Below are positions 9,585 to 19,791 of a DNA stretch of 64,000 nucleotides, one piece after another; within the stretch, counting starts at the first letter, position 1, and every line of letters starts with the position of its first letter. This DNA is from Candidatus Aenigmatarchaeota archaeon (GTDB taxonomy: Archaea; Aenigmatarchaeota; Aenigmatarchaeia; Aenigmatarchaeales; JACQIB01), in assembly GCA_016198755.1 (NCBI GenBank), contig JACQIB010000001.1, positions 64,001 to 128,000 on the forward strand, read 5' to 3'. The notes below the pieces were generated by a model. The model worked only from the letters and a program-made list of their open reading frames with translations. It ran no database searches and was not told where the DNA came from. The position numbers and the translations under genes were made by a program.

Positions 9585-10910
9585 TTAAGCCTTTTCCTTT
9601 GCAATCTTCTTTTCTACCTTTTTCAAAGCTTCTGGATTTGCAGGTTCCTGCGGTTCATTAACTTTTGCTTCCGGCAAAGGAGAAGTTTCTTTTGCGGTTT
9701 CAATCAGTGATTTTGCCTCTTCCATTTTCTTTTCAGCCTTTACTCCCACAGTTGTTGCAGTTGGCAGTATTTCATTCAAAAGCTCTGGTTTGTTTTTCTC
9801 TATTATCTTTTTAACATCCAGCACAAACCTGCGCACATACTCCTTACCCATATACACATCCCTGTCAGGTATCTCCAGCAGCTTCTTTTCCTCAAGCAGT
9901 TTCCTCATATCTATAATTCGTTTCAAAATTTCCTCATACTGCGGGCTTACAAGAGAAGGATCAATAAGGTATTTTTTGAAAGCTTCAGGCAGTTTATCTG
10001 GCTCAGGTGGAAGTTTATCAAGGCTTTTCAGAGCCGCTACGCTGGCTTTAATCATAACCTCATAACTCTTCTTAATATCAGCAGCTTTCCTGCTGTTTTC
10101 CAGTTCTGTTAACAGTTTATCAGCCCTGTTTATGAATTTTTCTGCACGTTCAATCCATTTATCCAAATCAGGCCCTGTTATATCTCCAATTTCCTTATGT
10201 TCCACTTTCTTCCTGAAATCCATTACTTCCTCCAAAGTTTTTGCATGTTCCTCCTCTAACAATCCTGTATCCACCAAGTGCCTTCTCACTTCTCTGGCCA
10301 GTGTTTTCGGTGGAGGTGGCCCAACTCCCACAAACATTAGCAAAGCCTGCGCAGCATCCATAAGAGCATACCACAAATCCTCTGCAACCATGTACAGCTT
10401 CACAGATTTTACTCTCGTTATTCTTTTTGGAACAGACTCAAACCTGAGCTCAGCTGCTTCCACTGTAGCAGGGAACTTTCCCCACTCCAGAAGTTTTCTC
10501 ATTGGTATAAAGAAACCAGTGTCATACAGTGCATATCCCTCACGTATAATGTTGTAGAAAAGCGGATGGCAGGCTCTTATCCCATCCCAGAACTCAGTCA
10601 AAGCCAAGGTAGGCTGCGGGTGTAACCTTGGATCTATGCCTGCAGCAAGTTTGAAAACATCCTTATCCACTTTATCTCTAATCTCATCAAACTTTTTCAA
10701 AGGCATTTTTGTATCATCAAAAATTATATACAAATCCACATCGCTTTTCCCTGTATAATCCCCGCGTGTAACCGATCCCCAAACAACAACAGCCTTAATG
10801 TAGTCCTTAAACATTCTAAGAACAGCATTCTTGAATTCGTTAGCAGATTTCAGCCTTGTTTCAAGTGAAAACTGCCTTAATTTTTTCCCCAGCGGCTTTT
10901 CTTCTGCCAT
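9585..10910 (-). CDS. minimal nucleotidyltransferase fused to HEPN-like helical domains
   Basis: GSVTRGD..SDVD; RKKVEH (Rx4H). Confidence 0.75.
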   Translation of the reverse strand: MAEEKPLGKKLRQFSLETRLKSANEFKNAVLRMFKDYIKAVVVWGSVTRGDYTGKSDVDLYIIFDDTKMPLKKFDEIRDKVDKDVFKLAAGIDPRLHPQPTLALTEFWDGIRACHPLFYNIIREGYALYDTGFFIPMRKLLEWGKFPATVEAAELRFESVPKRITRVKSVKLYMVAEDLWYALMDAAQALLMFVGVGPPPPKTLAREVRRHLVDTGLLEEEHAKTLEEVMDFRKKVEHKEIGDITGPDLDKWIERAEKFINRADKLLTELENSRKAADIKKSYEVMIKASVAALKSLDKLPPEPDKLPEAFKKYLIDPSLVSPQYEEILKRIIDMRKLLEEKKLLEIPDRDVYMGKEYVRRFVLDVKKIIEKNKPELLNEILPTATTVGVKAEKKMEEAKSLIETAKETSPLPEAKVNEPQEPANPEALKKVEKKIAKEKA

Positions 10911-10979
10911 GTTCTCTCCCCTTTCTATTGTTTTCAGCTGTTTATAATCCTTTTCCTATACAGAAGTACAATAAAGTTA

Positions 10980-12632
10980 TTACCTATACTTCTCCTTTCT
11001 CCATTCTTCCTGCTTTCCTTTCTGTATTGCAGCAGTGCTTAGAAATCCATATTCTTCCTCAGGTATTGCTAAAAGCCCCTTCAAAGGCTCTAAATAATGT
11101 TCTTTAATTAGATTTTGCTGTATAGCAACAAGCGGTTGTCCAGGTTCAAATCCAAAGAAGTCTTCTGGCAAAAGATCTGGAGCTACATCCATTTCCAAAT
11201 ATTTCTTGATTTTTCTCATGCTAAGTACAGTTTGTTTAACCATCCCCTCTTCCCCACCCCTTTCAAAAATCATCCATCCATCCTTGAATCCTTTTTTCCT
11301 GATGTCCCAGAGTCTTTCATAAATATAGAATTGCGGTTCTGATCCAAGCGGAACAGGCATGTGCGAAGGATTTAATGGGGAGGGAGTTGTAATGTGCACT
11401 ATTTTCAGGTACTTTCCGGCATCTTGGGGAAGACTATCTATCTCTTCTTTCGGGTTTAAATTATTCCCAAGCATATGTTCCATGTCCATTGTTATTGACA
11501 TCCATTCACTTCTTACATTTTTAATCATATGATAGATGTAAAACAATCTTGACATCCTTGCATGCAGTTCATAACCCGTCATAGCCATTGGAGTTTCAAA
11601 GGAATAGTATAGCTTGTACTTGTCCAGAAGTGGTTTTGGATCCTGAAAAGGTCCTTTTCCCCCAGGGCATGCATCCTGCATAAAATGTCCCCACGCATAG
11701 AACGCAGCCACTGCAGGCACCCACTTTGTTGTAAACTCATCCTTAGGCAGGTCCTCATCATCTATATCTCCCCCAACAATACCCTTCCATATCGGGTGTT
11801 TTGTTTGCATCATATACTTGGCAACAATAAAGTAAGCCACTTTCTCACACCCGTATGAAAGGTCATCCGTTGAGGCAAAGCTTATTATAAATTTCTTTAA
11901 AGAATCATCCAGCTTCCTTTTTGCTTCTTTCTTTTCTTTATCTCCAAATTTTGATTTTATCTCTTCCATTGTAAGTTCTGGAAAACTCATGCCTTGTGCT
12001 ATATGGGCAGCATTTGCCATTTTCCTGAAATTTCTCTCCTCTTCATATATTCTCTGTAGTTCCTCCCTTTCCTGTTCTTCAAGAAGCTTTTTGTAATCAT
12101 GCGTCCTCAAATAACGATGAGCTCCAATTTCAAGCACATACTTCATTGTTATTGCCCAATCTAGCACCCATGGGAATTTTTCCAGGAACTCCTCAAATGG
12201 CCTTCCCCATGGATCAACCAGTCTGGAAGGTTGCAGTTCCCTTCCTAAAACAATGAACGGGTGTGACTCAGAGCTGTGAACAGTCAGGAACTTTGCCTTA
12301 AGCTTTCCTGCATTTTCTATATGCTTTAGCAGCCTCTCATGAGCTCTCCCATAATCTGTATGGAGGGCAGAAGAAAGCGGCATTGTATCCACTCCCTGCA
12401 TTGCATAAGCTTCCCCATGTATTCCAAAATCCATGCCCAGTTCCCGAATCCTTTTTATTTTATATTCTAAATCAGGCTCCTGAAACTCTGTTATAGATTC
12501 CAAGTCAATCTGTGTAAAAGTAACACCAGCAGTAGCAGCCCAGCTTGCTTTCCTGTGCAGTCCCAGCAGTTCTTCAGCTCTTTTAATTGCCCACATTCCA
12601 GAGGAAACTCCAATAACATAGCCGTTGACCAT
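10980..12632 (-). CDS. xylose-isomerase/AP-endonuclease-like TIM-barrel metalloprotein
   Basis: Ligand pattern IHGE, VH, ETP, MDMEH, VH, SHMP, FERG. Confidence 0.55.
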   Translation of the reverse strand: MVNGYVIGVSSGMWAIKRAEELLGLHRKASWAATAGVTFTQIDLESITEFQEPDLEYKIKRIRELGMDFGIHGEAYAMQGVDTMPLSSALHTDYGRAHERLLKHIENAGKLKAKFLTVHSSESHPFIVLGRELQPSRLVDPWGRPFEEFLEKFPWVLDWAITMKYVLEIGAHRYLRTHDYKKLLEEQEREELQRIYEEERNFRKMANAAHIAQGMSFPELTMEEIKSKFGDKEKKEAKRKLDDSLKKFIISFASTDDLSYGCEKVAYFIVAKYMMQTKHPIWKGIVGGDIDDEDLPKDEFTTKWVPAVAAFYAWGHFMQDACPGGKGPFQDPKPLLDKYKLYYSFETPMAMTGYELHARMSRLFYIYHMIKNVRSEWMSITMDMEHMLGNNLNPKEEIDSLPQDAGKYLKIVHITTPSPLNPSHMPVPLGSEPQFYIYERLWDIRKKGFKDGWMIFERGGEEGMVKQTVLSMRKIKKYLEMDVAPDLLPEDFFGFEPGQPLVAIQQNLIKEHYLEPLKGLLAIPEEEYGFLSTAAIQKGKQEEWRKEKYR

Positions 12633-12670
12633 GTAAAATATTGGTGTTTGCCCAGCTTAAAAGTTTGCCC

Positions 12671-14452
12671 TTAGAAAATCCCAAACTTGCCCTTAAGGAA
12701 TCTGGTTATTTCCCCATATTTTTCCCCAGCCGGAACAAAATATTGTTTTATCTGCCTTTCTTTCAAAATAGTTTCATACGGACCTGTTTTTACCAGCGTA
12801 AATGTTTTCCCTGCGTGCGTTAAAAACTTCAGCGGATATTTTAGATATCCCCCAATTTTCCCCATTGTATCTCCCCAGTCCTTTGCAAAAGCCTGCAGCT
12901 CTGTTGGTGCTGCAGGTATCTTTTTCCCGAAAATCATTGGAAACTCCTCCTTAACAATTTCCGAAACTCCCTTCCCCTCACCAGTCCTTAAACCAACCAT
13001 AGAGTCCACATACCTATCCAGCTCCCTTTCCCTGCAGATTAACTCAAGTATTTTAAGCAAAATAATGTTCTGGCTTACAACCCAGTTCTTTGGTTCAAAA
13101 ATAATATTTTCCAGTTCCCCGCTCTGTGTTCTTACTCCAAGTCTTGTAACCTCAGTTTCAACAAAAAGATAGTAAAGTTCGTTTCTATCTAAGCTCATTT
13201 CATTTTTATTCCATAGCGGCAATATTTCAGTTTCCACTATCTGGTCTGCAACAGTTTTATTTATTACAGAAGCTGCAGATTTGCACTCTTCACATACCTG
13301 CGTTTCAGATGGTTGGTATTTTTTACAATTCTTGCAAAATGGAACAGGATTCCTCAGCCACGGATAATAATCCTTGTTTGCAAGCCCATACTTTTCATTC
13401 AAAATAAGATCCTTTATAAAATTATCATAAGGATGTATAATGAATCCCTTTTCCCCTTCCGAAACTGGTTTGTGAGCTTCCGGAATTTTGAACTTTACCC
13501 AAGACCAAAGGTATATTTTGTTAGAAAATGTAGCCTGTCCAGTTACTTCAGCAAAACTTTTCAGTAAAGCCTTTCTTATATTTGGTCTATCAGCCCCAAC
13601 TTTCATCATCCTAAATCTTGCAATATGCGGCTTTATCCACTCCCTGTATTCATCAATGCTTCTTTTCCTTGCTATAGCCAGTGTGTTCATGTTTTCATAT
13701 CTCTCTTTCACAGCTTCTCCAAACATCCTTTTCCATTCCAGATAGAGGTTATTTTTTGTTTTCAATATAACGGCTTCCGCTCTTGTAATCCCCATACTGT
13801 TCTGTATTTTCGGTACAGTATCATACTCTTCCTTAAGTCCCATAAAATCTGCAATAAGCGTTGGCCAGCGCGGTGCTATAGAACGCATGGAAATTCCTTC
13901 ACCCGTAAACGCATCCACATTATCCACAAACATTGCTTTCAGGCTGTGCTCGGCCTTTTTCATCCCATCTTCTCTCGCGTTCTTGTCTGTAAGCGCTTTT
14001 GCTTTCTCATACTCCTCAAAGTATTTTAAAATCTCTTTATATTTCCTTATATCATGCCTTACAAGCTCATAATCAGCAATAGCTGCAGCAGCGCTTGCCA
14101 ACCCTGTTTTTATTGTTCCTGCCAAAGCCTCTTTATTAGCCAAAGACCTCTCAAAATACTCTCTATGAGTTGCTGAAACTTCAATCCATTCATCCACTTT
14201 TACAACAGTATACCCTCTTTTTCTCAAGAAAAAGGTATATGAAAAATAAACATTTGAGGCATCCCCTGGACCTGTTGTTAAATCCAGCACAGCAAACTGG
14301 TTTGATAGCTCTTCCACGCCAGGTGGATCCACAGCGCCGGCAGCAGTGAACAACCCATTGTACCAGACATCTGAAGCTGTGGCAGGTATGCCAGGTTTTT
14401 CAAATGCACTTCCATGCGCTATAAAAGGAAATAATGGTTTTTCTGCTACCAT
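12671..14452 (-). CDS. hypothetical helical protein with Zn-ribbon insert
   Basis: 593-aa ORF, CKNC..CEEC. Confidence 0.7.
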   Translation of the reverse strand: MVAEKPLFPFIAHGSAFEKPGIPATASDVWYNGLFTAAGAVDPPGVEELSNQFAVLDLTTGPGDASNVYFSYTFFLRKRGYTVVKVDEWIEVSATHREYFERSLANKEALAGTIKTGLASAAAAIADYELVRHDIRKYKEILKYFEEYEKAKALTDKNAREDGMKKAEHSLKAMFVDNVDAFTGEGISMRSIAPRWPTLIADFMGLKEEYDTVPKIQNSMGITRAEAVILKTKNNLYLEWKRMFGEAVKERYENMNTLAIARKRSIDEYREWIKPHIARFRMMKVGADRPNIRKALLKSFAEVTGQATFSNKIYLWSWVKFKIPEAHKPVSEGEKGFIIHPYDNFIKDLILNEKYGLANKDYYPWLRNPVPFCKNCKKYQPSETQVCEECKSAASVINKTVADQIVETEILPLWNKNEMSLDRNELYYLFVETEVTRLGVRTQSGELENIIFEPKNWVVSQNIILLKILELICRERELDRYVDSMVGLRTGEGKGVSEIVKEEFPMIFGKKIPAAPTELQAFAKDWGDTMGKIGGYLKYPLKFLTHAGKTFTLVKTGPYETILKERQIKQYFVPAGEKYGEITRFLKGKFGIF

Positions 14453-14458
14453 CCATAA

Positions 14459-14719
14459 TCACCCAAAAAGTACTATTGCAGCTCCTATAAGCAACATTAT
14501 TATTCCAATCATTATGCCTGCCTTTGCCATTGAAGGGAGCTGGTGGGTTGTGGCTGCAGGGAAATAAATCATTATAGCAACTCCAATAACCCCCAAAATC
14601 CCTCCCACTATTTTCGGGCTAATACCCCATAAAAAATACATAATAATTGTGAATATTCCAAACCCTAGAAGAACAGCCCCAGCCTCCCCCAATACTTCAA
14701 GCCTTTCTTCAAATCCCAT
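14459..14719 (-). CDS. small membrane protein
   Basis: Three hydrophobic helices; operonic spacing. Confidence 0.7.
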   Translation of the reverse strand: MGFEERLEVLGEAGAVLLGFGIFTIIMYFLWGISPKIVGGILGVIGVAIMIYFPAATTHQLPSMAKAGIMIGIIMLLIGAAIVLFG

Positions 14720-14810
14720 ACACTCTTATTCACTTTCAGGGTATAAAAATATTTTTTCAGGCAGTAGAAAGGCTTTTATTACCTGCAAAGACAATTATTC
14801 TGGGATAAGT

Positions 14811-15305
14811 ATGGTTTGGGCGAGAAGCAAAATTACAATACAGGACGACCTATTTCGTCCAAGGCCTAGGGTTACTTTGCACTATACTGGGCCGAATCCT
14901 GAAAAATTTTACTATGATTTTCCCAATATTATAGCAACAATATTCAGAATAAGCCATGAAAACATACAGGAAAGGAACTTTAAGTGGGAAAAGGGAGATC
15001 CCCTGAAATTCAGCGTAAAATGGGAAATGTTTTCTGATATAGACAAATATTCGCATTTCTATGTTTTGGTTTCTTTGGACGGAACCTCAAGCAAAGGCTT
15101 TGGAACAGCCACAGCAACTCTTGAAGCATATTTAAGGACAGAATACCCTCAGGATACTGTCTGGCATCGCAGTATAGTTTACGAGTTTGTCAGGATGTTT
15201 TGGCACTCTAGTTTTTATGCAGCCCGCCGCGAGCATTTGCTTATAGAAGGAAGGAGGCTGGCTGGACTAATGCTGGAAGAAGTAAAAAGGCTAATGCATA
15301 TGTGA
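14811..15305 (+). CDS. hypothetical protein, paralog of next gene
   Basis: Aligns by eye with 15311-15811 (I..DL, YxGxxP, W, DxYS). Confidence 0.7.
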   Translation: MVWARSKITIQDDLFRPRPRVTLHYTGPNPEKFYYDFPNIIATIFRISHENIQERNFKWEKGDPLKFSVKWEMFSDIDKYSHFYVLVSLDGTSSKGFGTATATLEAYLRTEYPQDTVWHRSIVYEFVRMFWHSSFYAARREHLLIEGRRLAGLMLEEVKRLMHM

Positions 15306-15310
15306 TTTTT

Positions 15311-15811
15311 ATGGCAGAATTAAAGGTGGAAATAAAATCAGATTTACTTCCAATAGACGAAGCAAAACTTATAGAATACAAGGGCGATCATCCGTCCAAA
15401 ATGCTTGGACAGATACCAGACTGGATAAGGGAAACACTGAGAGTTACAAGCTCAGACTTTTTTGAGGATGTTATAAAATGGGACCGCGCAGGCCCGACAC
15501 TGGAATTTTATGGTGAATGGAGAGGAAGATTCCCAAAAGATAGATACAGTACTTACTGGCTGTGGATAAGGCTGCATGGCTATCAGTCTGCCAAAGACCT
15601 TACAGGCACAGCGCATATAACAATAAAAGGCTGGCTAATGACAAAAATGACTTTCAATTCAGAACTTGAAAAAATGCTGCGCTGGCCTTTTCTAAAGTAT
15701 TTTTACATGGATCAGAGGAAGGTGTATGAAAGAGAGGGAAAAGAGAGGTTATTAGAATTGGAGAGCAGGTTCCGTTCTTTCCTCGGGCTTCCGGCAACCG
15801 CAGAGTTTTAG
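15311..15811 (+). CDS. hypothetical protein, paralog of previous gene
   Basis: IKSDL, YKGDHP, DRYS, E.KERL. Confidence 0.7.
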   Translation: MAELKVEIKSDLLPIDEAKLIEYKGDHPSKMLGQIPDWIRETLRVTSSDFFEDVIKWDRAGPTLEFYGEWRGRFPKDRYSTYWLWIRLHGYQSAKDLTGTAHITIKGWLMTKMTFNSELEKMLRWPFLKYFYMDQRKVYEREGKERLLELESRFRSFLGLPATAEF

Positions 15812-16177
15812 GTGGAACAAATGAGTATAATAGATGCAATAAGGAAAAAAGTAGGTCAGCCTTTGCCTGAACAAACAGAAGAATCAGAAGATAAATCCCT
15901 TCCAGATGATTTAGAACCCTTTAAGCTCCCTCCACCACCAGCTCCAAAACCAGCCGAACCTCTATCAATTCCCGAAGCTCTACCCCCCACTCTCCCGCCT
16001 CCAATCCGCCGCTCTGGAGCAGGAAAAAGCTATATTCCGCCAGAGTACGAATCTCTGGTTTCCGGCCCTTCTAATCAAGAGCCTGCACTAGCAGGAGATA
16101 AAGTAGAATTAATTCTCCAAAAATTGGAAACAATTGACGCACGCTTAAGGTTTATAGAAGAAAGGCTGCGGCGCTAA
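15812..16177 (+). CDS. Pro-rich protein with C-terminal coiled coil
   Basis: ELILQKLETIDARLRFIEERL. Confidence 0.65.
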   Translation: MEQMSIIDAIRKKVGQPLPEQTEESEDKSLPDDLEPFKLPPPPAPKPAEPLSIPEALPPTLPPPIRRSGAGKSYIPPEYESLVSGPSNQEPALAGDKVELILQKLETIDARLRFIEERLRR

Positions 16178-16788
16178 AGAGTAACAGGTTCTAACTGCGG
16201 TGCTGTAACCAACATTTCAGCTTCATGCGCTTGGAAAGCCCCAGGGTTCAATACAACACACATAACTTTGCCACTTACAGTTGCTCGGTCTGCCAATTCA
16301 CCCAAAACCCTTGTTGTAGTGTTCATTCCAATACCAGAATACATAAGCTCAACCACCCCAGGTCCAATAAGCGTATGACGAGGTGATGATGCATTTAGCT
16401 CCTGAACCATATGTGTAGGATTCAGGGCAGAAAGGGCTGCTACTTTTCTCGGCTTAAATGCACTGCCCTTTATAGAATTTCTATCAAATTTTGAATCAAC
16501 AGATCCGCTAATATGGTAGAGATTTGTAATACCTTCAAAAGCTGCTGAATGCTCAGCATGATTATCATCTCTGGGTACAACATTATCCAATAGTTCTATA
16601 GCCACGGAAGGGTTCCTTGTAAGATAAGAAAAATTTAGTTCTTTATGCGGAGTTTGTCTATTATAGAGTAGATTATCTACCCAGCTCAGAAATTTCAACT
16701 GTGCATATCTTGCACCGTCTGGGGTATTGGTCTTTGCAACATACGATCTTGAGGGCTTCAAATCAGGTCCATCAGTAGTGTTAGACAT
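16174..16788 (-). CDS. hypothetical protein
   Basis: 204-aa ORF with TATA box upstream. Confidence 0.5.
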   Translation of the reverse strand: MSNTTDGPDLKPSRSYVAKTNTPDGARYAQLKFLSWVDNLLYNRQTPHKELNFSYLTRNPSVAIELLDNVVPRDDNHAEHSAAFEGITNLYHISGSVDSKFDRNSIKGSAFKPRKVAALSALNPTHMVQELNASSPRHTLIGPGVVELMYSGIGMNTTTRVLGELADRATVSGKVMCVVLNPGAFQAHEAEMLVTAPQLEPVTL

Positions 16789-16798
16789 ACATAATTAT

Positions 16799-16819
16799 TA
16801 CTACTAAGTAGTATATAAA
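16799..16819 (-). promoter_or_regulatory. TATA box plus palindromic element (copy 1)
   Basis: TACTACTAAGTAGTATATAAA, identical to 20496-20516. Confidence 0.6.
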
Positions 16820-16820
16820 A

Positions 16821-17474
16821 CTATGCCCTTGCTGCAATGGCAGGAAGCAAAAGCCTCTGGCTTGGATGTTGTTGCCACAATTCTTCTAAATGCCCAACTC
16901 CAACAAACTCTATTTCTGCAGCGCGCGCAGCTAATCTATCCCCATCCCTGTCACCCACGGCAACAATTCTTGCCATCGGAAAATCAGCTACAACCCTTCC
17001 AAACAAATATGCTTTGTACGCTGGTATCTGTTCAGGTAATACATCATCCCTTCCAACCCCTGCAGGCAATGCATCATCCAGAACACTATAAACCTTTTCA
17101 AACTTCCCTTCCAGCTTCGCAGCTTTTAAGTATTCTCCAATAAGGCTGCGCCTAGAAGTTGAAACAAGAACGCTATTTCCTCTTCCAACCCTCCTCAGAG
17201 CAGTTTCTATCCCAGGCATAGCCCTTACATACTTCGGAATTTCTTTCCTCTGAAGCGTTTCCAGAGTTTCCAAAGCCCCTGCTGTTGGAGTAAAATCAGG
17301 CATAAGAACACGCATTCTTGCTATCCAGCCATATCCAGCTTTTTCAATCTGCTCCGGAGTAACTCTTTCAGAATACCCAGCCCCCTCCAGATATCTATTG
17401 AAAGCTGCGGCTCTTGCCACATCAGAGCCTGTAATCAGAGTCCCTTTCAAATCCCATGCAACAACTGTGTCCAT
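16821..17474 (-). CDS. HAD-superfamily hydrolase-like protein
   Basis: WDLKGTL, VST, K, VGDRDGD. Confidence 0.7.
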   Translation of the reverse strand: MDTVVAWDLKGTLITGSDVARAAAFNRYLEGAGYSERVTPEQIEKAGYGWIARMRVLMPDFTPTAGALETLETLQRKEIPKYVRAMPGIETALRRVGRGNSVLVSTSRRSLIGEYLKAAKLEGKFEKVYSVLDDALPAGVGRDDVLPEQIPAYKAYLFGRVVADFPMARIVAVGDRDGDRLAARAAEIEFVGVGHLEELWQQHPSQRLLLPAIAARA

Positions 17475-17533
17475 TTTAATCTTAAGCAGAAAGACTGTTT
17501 ATAAACCTTTAGAACTGCAAATCTGAATCCTGC

Positions 17534-18463
17534 TTAATAATCTTCCCTGACTTTTTTCTCTATTTCTTCCCCTATTCCCAGAGTTTCAACAAGTTCCTTG
17601 AACCTGTTCCTTATTGTAACTTCTGTAACTCCAATAGCATCTGCAATTTCCCTCTGAGTCCTTTTCTCTCCCTCAAGAACAGCAGCAATATACAAAGCTG
17701 CAGCAGCAACTCCTGTAGGCCCCTTACCTGAAGTAACCTCATTTTTTTTAGCCTCTTTCAAAAACTGTATTGCTTTGGCCTGAACTTTATCTGAAAGCCC
17801 AAGCATGCTTGCAAACCTTGGAACATAATGCTGAGGCGGTGCAGGCAAAATCCTTATTTTCAACTCCCTTGATATGTACCTGTATGTCCTTCCTATTTCC
17901 CTCCTTTCTACCCCAGAAGCTTCTGCTATCTCTTCCAGAGTTCTTGGAGATCCAAGTTCCCTACAAACAGCATACAAAAGAGCAGCAATAACAGATTCCA
18001 TTGATCTCCCTCTAACCAACCCTCTGTCAACAGCCTGTTCATACTTTTTAGCAACCTCTTCGTGTATAGACCTCGGCAGTCCAAGGAAAGAAACAAGCCT
18101 CTGTAATTCTGAAAGAGCGAAGGAAAGATTCCTGTCTTTGCTTTCTACAAGCCTTTTCTGCCAGATTTTCAGCCTGTGATACTGGGCTCTTTTGCTTGGA
18201 GCCACACGGAACAATTCTCCCTTACCCCTTCCTATTTCCGTTGCCATTCCCTTGTCATGTTTAGTGTGAGTTAACGGAGCCCCAGCTCTTGTCCTCTTCC
18301 CCCTTTGATCATCATCAAAAGCTCTCCATTCAGGACTTGAATCTATCATTCCCTGCTCCAGAACCATTCCGCACTTCCCGCAAACCCTCTCTCCTCTAGA
18401 ACTGTCATCATAAAAAACTGTGCATTTGCACTCAGGACAAACCTCTGCTTTTTTACCAGCCAT
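17534..18463 (-). CDS. tfb: transcription initiation factor B
   Basis: Zn ribbon CPEC..CGKC, PEWRAF, GLVRGRS, TEVTIRNR. Confidence 0.97.
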   Translation of the reverse strand: MAGKKAEVCPECKCTVFYDDSSRGERVCGKCGMVLEQGMIDSSPEWRAFDDDQRGKRTRAGAPLTHTKHDKGMATEIGRGKGELFRVAPSKRAQYHRLKIWQKRLVESKDRNLSFALSELQRLVSFLGLPRSIHEEVAKKYEQAVDRGLVRGRSMESVIAALLYAVCRELGSPRTLEEIAEASGVERREIGRTYRYISRELKIRILPAPPQHYVPRFASMLGLSDKVQAKAIQFLKEAKKNEVTSGKGPTGVAAAALYIAAVLEGEKRTQREIADAIGVTEVTIRNRFKELVETLGIGEEIEKKVREDY

Positions 18464-18519
18464 TATATCACTTTAAATACTTATCACTTTAATGTAGCAA
18501 TACCAACTCCTACACAAAC

Positions 18520-18786
18520 CTATAAATAGTTTTCTACCCTTTTAAAGGCATCCTTTTTCTCATGCTTCAAAATACCCTTAATTTCCCTTAAAAGCCCTGA
18601 AAGAAACCTTTCATGGAATTTTTCAGGCACCCACCATCTTCCACGATAACAGTTCCCGCAGACTGTCCTGAAAACAATATGATTATGTTCGAAAGTTTTA
18701 AGGGTTCTTATCTCAGAAGTAAAAATAAGTTTCTCACACATATCGCATTTGTGGCTGCGAACATTAAAAACATCCCCTTTTTTCAT
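18520..18786 (-). CDS. small Zn-finger hypothetical protein
   Basis: CDMC...CGNC. Confidence 0.5.
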   Translation of the reverse strand: MKKGDVFNVRSHKCDMCEKLIFTSEIRTLKTFEHNHIVFRTVCGNCYRGRWWVPEKFHERFLSGLLREIKGILKHEKKDAFKRVENYL

Positions 18787-18873
18787 AAAAATCTCAAAGT
18801 TCTATGCAGAGCTTAAATTTAAGCTTTCTGGCCCAGCTTTAAGTCCTTCCAGAGGAGAAAATCTACGAGCAGA

Positions 18874-19551
18874 ATGATAGATTTTGACAAACTTATAGAC
18901 AACCACCTTTTCAGGGAGCACAGGCCCAAGAAAATAGGCAGTTACTACCCCTCAGAAATAGGCGGATGTTTAAGAAAGCTCTATTATTCTTACAAATATC
19001 CAATACCAATACAGCCTGAGCTTGTAAAGATTTTTGAGGTTGGAAATATTGTGCATAACTTTATAGCAGAAGTGATGAGGTCTGAAAAAAACAATCATGT
19101 TCAGCTGCTGGATTCTGAGCTTCCGTTCAAGATTGAACTGAACGGGTTTGTGATTTCAGGCAGGATAGATGATTTGCTCCTGATAAAAGAATCCGGAAAA
19201 AAATTACTTGTAGAGGTAAAATCCACTTCCAGAGTCGATTCTACAGACGAAGCCCAGCCCCATCATGTAATGCAGCTCCAGCTCTATATGCATGCTATCG
19301 GTGTAAAAGACGGGGCTGTTTTATATGTTGAGAAAAACACACTGAAAACAAGAGCCTTTCCCATAGAGTACCACGAAGGCATAGCAGCTGAGGCTCTGAA
19401 CAGGTTTAATATGCTTCACAATTCATTGAAAGATGAAAAAACCCCCTCTCCTGAAGCAAGAAAAGACCATGAAAAATTATGGATGTGCTCCCACTGCGAT
19501 TACAAAGATCGCTGTTTCAGGGAAACTCCAGACTCTGAGCTGGGTAAGTAG
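18874..19551 (+). CDS. solo Cas4-like PD-(D/E)XK nuclease
   Basis: PSEIGGCLRK, GRIDD, VEVKS, QLQLY, CSHCDYKDRC. Confidence 0.85.
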   Translation: MIDFDKLIDNHLFREHRPKKIGSYYPSEIGGCLRKLYYSYKYPIPIQPELVKIFEVGNIVHNFIAEVMRSEKNNHVQLLDSELPFKIELNGFVISGRIDDLLLIKESGKKLLVEVKSTSRVDSTDEAQPHHVMQLQLYMHAIGVKDGAVLYVEKNTLKTRAFPIEYHEGIAAEALNRFNMLHNSLKDEKTPSPEARKDHEKLWMCSHCDYKDRCFRETPDSELGK

Positions 19552-19581
19552 CTTTTTATTCAAAGCCAGCAAAGAATTGCT

Positions 19582-19791
19582 ATGGCTATACCTTTGGCAG
19601 CAATAGAGCGCGTTTCAAAGAAAGCTGGTGTACACAGAATTTCTTACCCAGCTTTAAAAGAACTGCAAAGGCTTTTGGATGAACTTGGGCTTGAACTGGC
19701 TTTAGAAGCAGCGCAGGTTGCAAGGCACGCTCACAGGAAAACAATAATGAAGAATGACATAAAACTGGTATCCAGAAAGCCGCAATCTTAG
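19582..19791 (+). CDS. archaeal histone
   Basis: IPLAAIERVSKKAG.HRIS...ARHAHRKTI..DI. Confidence 0.9.
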   Translation: MAIPLAAIERVSKKAGVHRISYPALKELQRLLDELGLELALEAAQVARHAHRKTIMKNDIKLVSRKPQS

